A stretch of 63,547 bases of DNA, counting the filler. It is 9 parts of 9 records of this genome, joined end to end, with 100 filler letters (N's around TTAATTAATTAA, not from the genome) between each part and the next. Parts side by side here need not be neighbours in the genome. Positions count along the whole stretch, not along the records: positions 49,894 to 58,124 come from SRR31147125_32775; positions 58,225 to 63,547 come from SRR31147125_32927; 7 more parts are not named here. The stretch is one strand, 5' to 3'. Within the stretch, counting starts at the first letter, position 1. Each line of letters starts with the position of its first letter. A program made the position numbers and the translations under genes. The notes under the pieces are model-generated. The model was not told where the DNA came from, made no database searches, and saw only the letters and a list, made by a program, of their open reading frames with translations. Of this stretch, positions 55,672-63,547 are shown piece by piece.

Positions 55672-55889
55672 ATGGCAACTAAAAAAAGAAACAACCACCG
55701 TCGTGGCTATATCTTTTCCTGGCAGTTGGTTCGCTCTTGGCTTCAGGCATTTATGTTGGCATAATGCGCAGAGCAGGTTTCTCAACCGGCGACTTTATTC
55801 GTGCTGCCATTTTTGGGGTACTGGGAATTCTCTGGCTCTATATGTCCAAAAATATCAAAGATAATAAAGAGCTGACAGAGCATCATTAA
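55672..55889 (+). CDS. Small two-TM membrane protein masked by an A-run indel
   Basis: AAGGA RBS and ATG 55672; the shifted frame reads QPPSWLYLFLAVGSLLASGIYVG...AAIFGVLGILWLYM to TAA 55889. Confidence 0.55.
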
Positions 55890-55901
55890 GTAGTCCTTTA
55901 T

Positions 55902-57272
55902 TTAAATCTCATCTGGTATACGATAATGTTTCCGGTATTCCGGTTTGAGCAGTTTATTCGCCTCAGGATTATCCGGGAATGTTTCTGTTTTCGAATCAAA
56001 AAAGAGAAGTTTATTACCAACACGGTGTGAGATATTACCAAGATGCACGAGTGTGGCACTCAAATGCCCCTCATATGGATCACCATGTGGCTTTTTACGA
56101 TTGCGAATACAATTAATAAAATTCTTTTGGTGCACATCGTCCGGGAAATAGCCATATTTATATTCAGCCACCTTTTGGTCTTGCTCAAACACCTGCCAAC
56201 CGCCACCATGACGCCCCAGATACATCATTCGTTTCGTGCCATATATCTCGGTTCGGGTTGCATTTTGTGGCCAATGAGGGAATTTGTCTCCATATCTTAC
56301 ATCTTGCGCTGATTTTTTCATATACGGTGTAAATTCCGAGCATGTAACGCTATAAACAAAATCACCAAAATCATAGGTAATCTCCTGCATATCCGGTGCC
56401 TCCCGATTGTCATCATAGGCCATTCGTCCACCAAGACAATAAACGGATTTTGGATGCCCTGGATCCCCAAGAGCCATACGAGCCAGATCCATAACATGAC
56501 TGGCATCATCTGCAAGCAGACCACCACAATAGTCCCAGTGCTTTTGCCAACCACGTCCGGAACCCATACTGTGTCGTCCGGGGTTATAGGGCACCCACTT
56601 TGCCGGACCCAACCAGCGATCCCAATCCAGTCCCTCAGGAATCTCCGTATCAGGTTGCGATGTCCAGGGTCCGCCATCAAGCATATTATAGGATTTAACA
56701 TAAACAACACGCCCGAGTCCGCCACTCTTTATATAGTCACGGGCTGAAAAACCATAATCGGCACTGCGGTTTTGAGTACCGATCTGGACAATTCGGTTAT
56801 ACTTTTCCGCAGCTTGAATCATCTTCCTGCCTTCCCAAATGGTCAGGCTCGGACATTTTTCCACATAAACATCTTTACCAGCCTGGCACGCCCATACCGT
56901 CGCCAGAGCATGCCAGTGTTCCGGCGTGGATACCTGAACAGCGTCCACATCCTTATCATCAAAGATGTCCCGCATGTCGTTAATTCGTTTTGGAGAATAC
57001 CCCTGTAATTCGTTGAGTTCTTTAATGGTTTTTGCACCACGCGTGGCATTTACATCGCAGACGTATTTTACCTCAACATTTTTATTTTTTCTCACAATAT
57101 TTAGAATTGTCTGATGTCCACGTCCACCAACGCCAATAGCTGCCAAAATGACTTTATCGTTTGCACCAAGAACGTGATGCGAGCCGGAATCCAGTGCAGT
57201 TAGACCAATCGACAAACTGGCGATACCTTTTGCCGACACATTCATAAAATGCCTTCTTTTGATCTTTTTCAT
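55902..57272 (-). CDS. Tat-exported Gfo/Idh/MocA oxidoreductase
   Basis: KRRHF Tat motif, IGVGGRG, TPEHWHA, KDVYVEK, DWDRWLGPA. Confidence 0.92.
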   Translation of the reverse strand: MKKIKRRHFMNVSAKGIASLSIGLTALDSGSHHVLGANDKVILAAIGVGGRGHQTILNIVRKNKNVEVKYVCDVNATRGAKTIKELNELQGYSPKRINDMRDIFDDKDVDAVQVSTPEHWHALATVWACQAGKDVYVEKCPSLTIWEGRKMIQAAEKYNRIVQIGTQNRSADYGFSARDYIKSGGLGRVVYVKSYNMLDGGPWTSQPDTEIPEGLDWDRWLGPAKWVPYNPGRHSMGSGRGWQKHWDYCGGLLADDASHVMDLARMALGDPGHPKSVYCLGGRMAYDDNREAPDMQEITYDFGDFVYSVTCSEFTPYMKKSAQDVRYGDKFPHWPQNATRTEIYGTKRMMYLGRHGGGWQVFEQDQKVAEYKYGYFPDDVHQKNFINCIRNRKKPHGDPYEGHLSATLVHLGNISHRVGNKLLFFDSKTETFPDNPEANKLLKPEYRKHYRIPDEI

Positions 57273-57396
57273 GGTACCTACTCCTCTTTTATATGGAATA
57301 GTTTTCTCTGTTCATCAGGCTTTTTAACAAATTCTCTTTTCTCATTCTGAATTTAAAAATCACTCCGGCCCACAATTCCATGCTCATGTTTTTCAA

Positions 57397-58124
57397 TCAC
57401 ACTTCTTCCGAAACTTTGTATTTTTCCCGGTATTCTCTCCTGATAAAATTATTTGCTTTGGGATTATCAAAGTGCCCCTTTTTTTCATCATATTTTACTT
57501 TTTGATTGCCGAGCCGGTGAGCAATATTGGCCATATGAATCATCAGACAGGCAGGATGGGCTATTTGAATATCGGCACTGGCCTGTTTACGGGTTCGCAG
57601 ACTCACGAGAAAATCTTTATAATGATCATAATCTGCGGGACGTCCGTACATTTGTTCGACAACCTTACCGCCTGAGGTGGTTACTTGCCAGCCGCCACCA
57701 TGACGACCAACTGTCATCATCTGTTCAGAGCCATACAATTCCACACGGGTTGCATTTTGCGTCCAGTATGGAAATTCATCATTACGGCGGATGGTCCCTG
57801 TTGTCTTTAGCATATAACGCGGATAATTGGTCAATTCCAGTGTCATTACAAAATCTTTAAAATCATAGGAAACAATCTGTACATCCGGTACCTCACCATC
57901 ATCATCTTTGTAAACAAAACGACCACCGGAACAGGAGACACTCGCGGGTAAACCCGGATCTCCCATCAACATCATCGCCAAATCGAGCTGATGGATACCG
58001 TCATCCGCCAGATCGCCACCACTGAAATCCCAGAACTTGTGCCACCCTCCCTTAAATAGGTGCTGGTGATAGGACCGTGTCGGAGCCGGACCAAGCCACA
58101 TGTCCCAGTCAAAATCCCAGGGGG
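57397..58124 (-). CDS. Gfo/Idh/MocA oxidoreductase, 3' part
   Basis: DWDMWLGPAP, DDGIHQLD; paralogous to the neighbouring gene. Confidence 0.9.
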
Positions 58125-58224
58125 NNNNNNNNNNNNNNNNNNNNNNNNNNNNNNNNNNNNNNNNNNNNTTAATTAATTAANNNNNNNNNNNNNNNNNNNN
58201 NNNNNNNNNNNNNNNNNNNNNNNN

Positions 58225-59153
58225 TTACGAATACTCATTGGCATAATTCCTTCAGGAATTTCTTTTTCATCGTATAATTTAAAAACACCGGCAAGAATAG
58301 CTTCATCCATTTTTTCGTTTGCCTGGTGAATAAATATTTTCTTAATATCGCCAAGCTCTAATCCTGCCTTTTCAATACTGTCTTTTACCACACCCGGTAC
58401 AGTTGTAATGGCATATACATAAAGCTTATGACCCACCATCTTAACAAACAACTCATCCTTTTCAAAATCCGGATTACTGGATTTCCCCAATGTTAGAAGC
58501 TTTGCAAATTTAACCGAGTCAGAACGGCTCGAATGTGATAACATACCAATTGGCTCTTCGCTCTCTACTGCTTCAACAATTGTAGCTCCTGCACCGTCGG
58601 CATATATCATTGAATCGCGGTCGTGAGGATCAGAAATGCGCGATAATACATCGGCACCAACCACAACACCACGTTTCATAAATCCACTTTTAATATAAGC
58701 GTCGGCAATTATCATTGCCTGCGTCCACCCCGGACAACCGGAAACCACATCATGACAAATACAAGCCGGATTCTTGATATGCAACTCCATTTTCACCTTA
58801 TTGGCTAAACTTGGCAGTGCATCGATTCTTATATTACCTTCTTCAATATCACCAAAGTTATGAGCAACGATTATAAAATCGAGGCTTTCTTTAGTAACAC
58901 AGGCATCATGGTATGCTTCTTTTACTGCTTTTGCTGCAATATCAGAAGTAGTCTCGTCTTCGGCTACATACCTTCTTTCGGAGATATGGGTAATTTCTTC
59001 AAATTTCTGAATTATTTCTTCGTTACTCTTATCCTCAATTCTTTGTCCTGAAGGAGTATAAAATTCATGATTTAAAAAGTGACTGTTTTTAACAATTTGA
59101 GGAGGAATATAACTTCCTGTACCTACTATTCGAGTGTAAATCTCCTTTGCCAT
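58225..59153 (-). CDS. fabH: 3-oxoacyl-ACP synthase III, Bacteroidota type (3'-truncated)
   Basis: GTGSYIP, GCPGW, ADGAGA, HQAN. Confidence 0.92.
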
Positions 59154-59164
59154 AAATCCTTCTT

Positions 59165-59929
59165 CTAAGCTTTCGCTTCTGTTTTCTTGTATTTCTTTAA
59201 TTCGAATGTCTCATTATCATATACACCGTACGAAAAACTTTTAATCCAGTCGCCCAATAAAACAAACCGGGTTTTTTCATTCATTTTTTCGTTTACTAAC
59301 CGATGCCTATGCCCCAGTATAAAATAGTCTACCGGGTTACTTTTTACAAAATCAGCCGCAAATTTATACATTCCATCGTTATTAACCATGAAATCTTCAT
59401 TATAATCATTTTTTGATAACCTACTATGGGCCGACCATTTGTGCGCCAGTTTAAAAGCAAAATTCGGATGAAGCCTGGAAAAACACCATTGAAGTAATTT
59501 GCTGGTGAAAAGTTTTTTCAGGAAAAGGTAGCCTTTATCGCCGGCATTTAATCCGTCACCATGGGCGAGGAAAAAGGTTTTCCCGTTAATTTCTCTGACA
59601 ACCTGACTATGGTAAACTTTTGCTCCAATTTCTTCTTGTAAATAATCAGAAACCCACAAATCGTGGTTCCCGGTAAAAAAGTGAACTGGAACTCCTTTAT
59701 CAGCCAAATCGGCCAATCTTCCTAAAATACGTGTAAATCCGCGCGGAACGACTTTTTTGTACTCATACCAAAAATCGAAAATATCGCCCATTAAATATAA
59801 CTCAGCAACATCATCTTTAATACTGTCGAGCCATTGAGCAAAAAGAATTTCGCGCTCGCGATTATTTTTTAAAGCAGGTGCACCTAAATGCACATCAGAA
59901 ACAAAATATATTTTGCTTTTTGTTGACAA
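59165..59929 (-). CDS. UDP-2,3-diacylglucosamine diphosphatase (LpxH-like)
   Basis: SDVHLG, GDIFDFW, GNHD, HGD, GHRH, LGDW. Confidence 0.88.
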   Translation of the reverse strand: MSTKSKIYFVSDVHLGAPALKNNREREILFAQWLDSIKDDVAELYLMGDIFDFWYEYKKVVPRGFTRILGRLADLADKGVPVHFFTGNHDLWVSDYLQEEIGAKVYHSQVVREINGKTFFLAHGDGLNAGDKGYLFLKKLFTSKLLQWCFSRLHPNFAFKLAHKWSAHSRLSKNDYNEDFMVNNDGMYKFAADFVKSNPVDYFILGHRHRLVNEKMNEKTRFVLLGDWIKSFSYGVYDNETFELKKYKKTEAKA

Positions 59930-59940
59930 GACTACTGCGT

Positions 59941-61101
59941 TTATTTAAGCACGTTGGCAAGTGCTTTATCCAGCGCCGGCCCCCGTAAATTTTTGGCAAT
60001 AATTACCCCGTCTTTATCAAGAAGATAATTAAAAGGCAGAGTTTGTATATTATAAATACGAGTTGCAGTAACGCTTCCTTCCATATCGCCAACGTTTGTC
60101 CATGATAATTTATCTGTATCAATGGCATCTACCCATTCAATACGATTTTTGTCGACGCTAACCTGGTAAATTTCGAAACCTTTACGTTTGTATTTTTTGT
60201 ATGCATCAACCAATACCGGATTTTGGATTCGTGAATCGCGGTTAAGAGCCGACCAAAACTGTAACAACACCACTTTTCCTCGCAACGACGACAAGGAAAC
60301 ATCTTTCCCTTCAGGATTTGGCAAGGTAATATCAGGGCTGTTATCTCCCTGCTCTTCAATAAACTTCTGCATTTTTGCAGCTTGTTCTTGTTTCACAAAC
60401 TGAAGCGTATTGTTATACAGTGCTTGTACCTGTTCCGATTGTGGATAAATTGAATTAAGCGCCGAAGCAGCTGTTCGCATCACCTGTAAATCGCGAATAA
60501 TATAATATTGGTCTTCGTTGTTAAACTTCTGGTAAAGAGCTAAAACACTAGCCATTGAGAATGGATTTTCGCGAACAAAATTGGTTGAATACTCAATTTG
60601 CTCATTCATAATTGCCTGGTATTCTTCTGCCCATCCCGGACGAATATCATCATATTCCGGATTGCCTTTGTATAAGTTGTCGAGCGATTGCAGCGAGTCG
60701 AGTTGAGCCCTGGTTTCTTTCAGTTTCCAGTCTAACATTTTCACTTGTTCAGAACCTGTTGAACCACTAACATTGTATTCGCGGTACAAATTTGCAGCAT
60801 CTGCTTCTATTACCACTTGTTCGGTAGAGTCAACCAACAGAGTAATAAAATTATGATCTGTTAATTTCAAAAGGTAAAATGTTGGAATTCCGGTAACTCC
60901 TTCGAGTTCGAATTCGCCTTTCTTATTAATTTTTGCTTCCCCAACCGGTTTCATCGAAGCTGTGTGCAATTCCTCGAGATAGATGGTTTCACCTTCGGCA
61001 TGAGTAATTACACCACTAATTGTAAATCCTTTGTCTTTTTTAGAACAAGCGCCAAAAACAAATACGGCTGCGATTAGTAAAAATAGATTCCTGTAAGTCA
61101 T
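59941..61101 (-). CDS. DUF4369 + TlpA/AhpC thioredoxin-fold lipoprotein lacking CxxC
   Basis: Lipobox GAC, SLSSLRGKVVLLQFWS; the WCxxC position reads FWSALNRDSR. Confidence 0.85.
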   Translation of the reverse strand: MTYRNLFLLIAAVFVFGACSKKDKGFTISGVITHAEGETIYLEELHTASMKPVGEAKINKKGEFELEGVTGIPTFYLLKLTDHNFITLLVDSTEQVVIEADAANLYREYNVSGSTGSEQVKMLDWKLKETRAQLDSLQSLDNLYKGNPEYDDIRPGWAEEYQAIMNEQIEYSTNFVRENPFSMASVLALYQKFNNEDQYYIIRDLQVMRTAASALNSIYPQSEQVQALYNNTLQFVKQEQAAKMQKFIEEQGDNSPDITLPNPEGKDVSLSSLRGKVVLLQFWSALNRDSRIQNPVLVDAYKKYKRKGFEIYQVSVDKNRIEWVDAIDTDKLSWTNVGDMEGSVTATRIYNIQTLPFNYLLDKDGVIIAKNLRGPALDKALANVLK

Positions 61102-61353
61102 TCTCTTTAATTAAAGGGCGTAAAATTAATAATTTTGCATTCAGTTAAAATAGCAAAAACCGAAAATAACAAATTTTAAAGATTTCAGACACACATTCGT
61201 TCAGTAAACAACTGACATTCAACCACAAAAACAACAAACAATATTAATCTCTATTTTGTTTTATCTGAATAAAAACGAAGTAAGTTTCAGCAGCCTGAAA
61301 AAATTCAATAGGTTTGTAGCTCAATTTGATGTTGATTGTTTCTTTAGAAAATC

Positions 61354-62289
61354 ATGAGAATACATTATACGCTGGATAATTTTAAAGCACTTAACCCTGT
61401 TGTTACAATTGGCACCTTCGATGGTTTACACAAAGGTCATCAAACAATTATATCGCAACTGAAGGAGCTGGCGAAACAAAAAAATGGAGAATCTGTGGTG
61501 TTTACTTTTTATCCACACCCACGCATTGTTACATCGCCGCAAGAAAAAAACCTGCGCTTGCTAACCACAAAAGAAGAAAAAATTAGGCTTTTCGAAATGC
61601 TGGGTATCGACCACCTTGTTGTTTATCCTTTCGATAAAGCATTTTCGGAGTTGTCGTACACCGAGTTTGTTCGTACCGTTTTAGTTGAAAAAATGGGGAC
61701 AAAATGTTTGGTGGTTGGTTACGATCATAAATTTGGAAAAAACCGCGAGGGTGGATATAACTACCTTCAGAAATGTGCCGAAAACCACAACTTTGAGCTA
61801 ATAAAAATGGAGGCCCTGGCCGAAGACGAAGAGAATATTAGCTCCACAAAAATTAGAGGGGCACTTGAAGAAGGTAACATAAAAAAAGCCAATAACTACC
61901 TGGGCTATAAATTCTCGTTGCACGGAACCGTAGTAAACGGAGAAAAAGTTGGCCGAAAACTTGGGTTCCCAACTGCAAACATAGTAGCATCGGATAAATA
62001 CAAAATAATTCCCGGTTACGGAGTTTATGCCGTAATAGTAAAAATTAGCGGCGAACAATTTGGAGGAATGCTAAATATTGGCAGCCGACCAACATTTAAT
62101 AAAAATGCAGATAACCGCAGTATAGAAGTGAATATTTTCGATTTTTCGGGAGACATTTACGGGAAAGAAATTAGCTTATTCTTTGTAGACAAAATACGAG
62201 AGGAGCAAAAATTTTCGGGTATCGACGCTTTGATAGAACAATTAAAAACCGACAAAATAGTTGCACAAAAACTATTACAGACCTACTAA
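61354..62289 (+). CDS. ribF: Bifunctional riboflavin kinase/FAD synthetase
   Basis: IGTFDGLHKGH, ISSTKIR, GRKLGFPTAN, NIG.RPT, IREE.KF. Confidence 0.97.
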   Translation: MRIHYTLDNFKALNPVVTIGTFDGLHKGHQTIISQLKELAKQKNGESVVFTFYPHPRIVTSPQEKNLRLLTTKEEKIRLFEMLGIDHLVVYPFDKAFSELSYTEFVRTVLVEKMGTKCLVVGYDHKFGKNREGGYNYLQKCAENHNFELIKMEALAEDEENISSTKIRGALEEGNIKKANNYLGYKFSLHGTVVNGEKVGRKLGFPTANIVASDKYKIIPGYGVYAVIVKISGEQFGGMLNIGSRPTFNKNADNRSIEVNIFDFSGDIYGKEISLFFVDKIREEQKFSGIDALIEQLKTDKIVAQKLLQTY

Positions 62290-63371
62290 TCTCTACGTAT
62301 CAAATCGCAAGCAATTGGCAGGTGATCGGAATAAGAACACTTGAGCGTTTCGTAGTTGTACGAATCAAAAAAATCGCTATACAAAATATAATCTATTCTA
62401 AATGCCGGAAGTTTTCCTGCGTAGGTTCTGCCAACACCTTTCCCTGAATTCACAAACGCATCTTCAAGGTTTTCAGTAAGATTTTTATAGGCAAACGAAA
62501 CTGCTGTGTCGTTAAAATCGCCACAAACAATAACCGGGTAAGGCGAATTATCCAAATACTCATGGAGCTCGCGAACCTGGGTCGCCCTCAGTTCAAATCC
62601 CCGTTTCAATTGTGAAGCAACTTTTTTCACTGCTCTTCGGCTCTCTTCTTCTTGCAAATCAATCGATTCTATTAATGAATAATTTTTAGGATTAATTCTG
62701 TATGATTGTAAATGCAAATTAAAAATTCGGACTGTATCAGTATCAATTAACACATCGGTATAAATACTTATATTACTGGTGTGCTCGAATCTTATTTCGC
62801 CCATTTTAACAATCGGGTACCTTAATATGGTTACCAACCCCAGCGTTGTACTCGAACTTGCAAACTGGTAATGATTAATACTTTCAAGTTGTTTTACAGT
62901 TTCCGACAGATTAAAAACTTTTTTCTCACGTAGCCGGGCTTCCTGCAAACAAATAATATCAGCATTTTGCTCTTTTAGCAGGGCTACAACATCTTCTGCG
63001 GTTTGTTTTCTGTTTTTTACTCCTTTATGAATAAAATGCCGCACGTTATACGATAGAATCCTGATATCTTTTTGCTCGGTAGTATTTCCTGCGGTTTGAA
63101 AGTAGCGTCCAACAAATCCCCATCCGGCCAGAATAAACACCAACGATAAAAGACTGTACCTGAATTTTACCACCATCCAAAAAGCAACAAATAAAATATT
63201 GGCTGCCAGAATAAACGGATAGGCTAATCCCAGGAATGCAGGAATCCAAAATTTGTCGGGAGCCATGTAAACAGAAGAATATGCTCCCAGTAGAGCAATA
63301 ACTGCCAAAAGGTTAACCAGTAGTATTATGTTACGTAAAAATCCTTTCACATTAGTTGGTTTCATCAGCAA
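62286..63371 (-). CDS. Membrane-anchored endonuclease/exonuclease/phosphatase family protein
   Basis: SYNV, DIICLQE, CGDFN, RIDYI, SDH.P. Confidence 0.9.
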   Translation of the reverse strand: MLMKPTNVKGFLRNIILLVNLLAVIALLGAYSSVYMAPDKFWIPAFLGLAYPFILAANILFVAFWMVVKFRYSLLSLVFILAGWGFVGRYFQTAGNTTEQKDIRILSYNVRHFIHKGVKNRKQTAEDVVALLKEQNADIICLQEARLREKKVFNLSETVKQLESINHYQFASSSTTLGLVTILRYPIVKMGEIRFEHTSNISIYTDVLIDTDTVRIFNLHLQSYRINPKNYSLIESIDLQEEESRRAVKKVASQLKRGFELRATQVRELHEYLDNSPYPVIVCGDFNDTAVSFAYKNLTENLEDAFVNSGKGVGRTYAGKLPAFRIDYILYSDFFDSYNYETLKCSYSDHLPIACDLIRRD

Positions 63372-63518
63372 TATATAAAAAACTATTTTGAGAACGAATA
63401 AAAACCTTTTTCATGATACAAATTCGACAAAAATTTATGTTTTATTTCGAATCACTGGTATCCATCCGAGTAACAACCAACAGATTCCTCACTAAGTTGC
63501 CTGACAGATTTTTCGATA

Positions 63519-63545
63519 AGACCCTGAAACAAGTTCAGGGTGACG
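63519..63545. repeat. REP-like palindrome AGACCCTGAAACAAGTTCAGGGTGACG
   Basis: Stem CCCTGAA/TTCAGGG; resembles a common intergenic repeat family as I recall it; only one copy in this window. Confidence 0.5.
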
Positions 63546-63547
63546 TT

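Noticed and set aside
6827-58224. Regularly recurring TTAATTAATTAA motif, and gene neighbourhoods spanning it
   Set aside because: Artificial linkers; adjacency across them has no biological meaning

Overview
This window is not one locus. It is nine unrelated contigs joined by 100-bp artificial linkers (N44-TTAATTAATTAA-N44), consistent with a concatenated metagenome, probably from an anoxic habitat. (1) 1-6826, AT-rich deltaproteobacterial-type: dksA, DUF721, tsaC, purE, purD and a large Cys-rich surface protein. (2) 6927-13153, Desulfobacterales-like: htpG end, dodecin, two-component pair, EamA, DUF6178-like, ampG end. (3) 13254-22132, Bacteroidota: TetR, rnr, ArsP-type permease, DUF3299-like, PhoD-like, Ig-like lipoprotein. 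(4) 22233-27933, GC-rich: larB, larC, coaD, B12 radical SAM, MarC, URO-D-like. (5) 28034-35394, Bacteroidota: two ECF sigmas, fecR, susC, susD. (6) 35495-43736, Desulfobulbales-like: azlCD plus a Wza/Wzc polysaccharide locus. (7) 43837-49793, a EUKARYOTIC contig that the ORF track misses. (8) 49894-58124: corA, DUF432-like, mscS, xfp, two Gfo/Idh/MocA genes. (9) 58225-63547, Bacteroidota: fabH, lpxH-like, TlpA, ribF, EEP. Manual splicing of contig 7 gives three intron-dense genes: a hydantoinase A-DUF917 fusion (15 complete 43-59 nt GT-AG introns), COP9 signalosome subunit 7, and DHX16/Prp2. Many bacterial genes carry single-base indels in homopolymer runs, most likely sequencing errors. No rRNA, tRNA, CRISPR array or transposase was recognised. 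Taxonomic and family calls come from motif recognition, not database searches.
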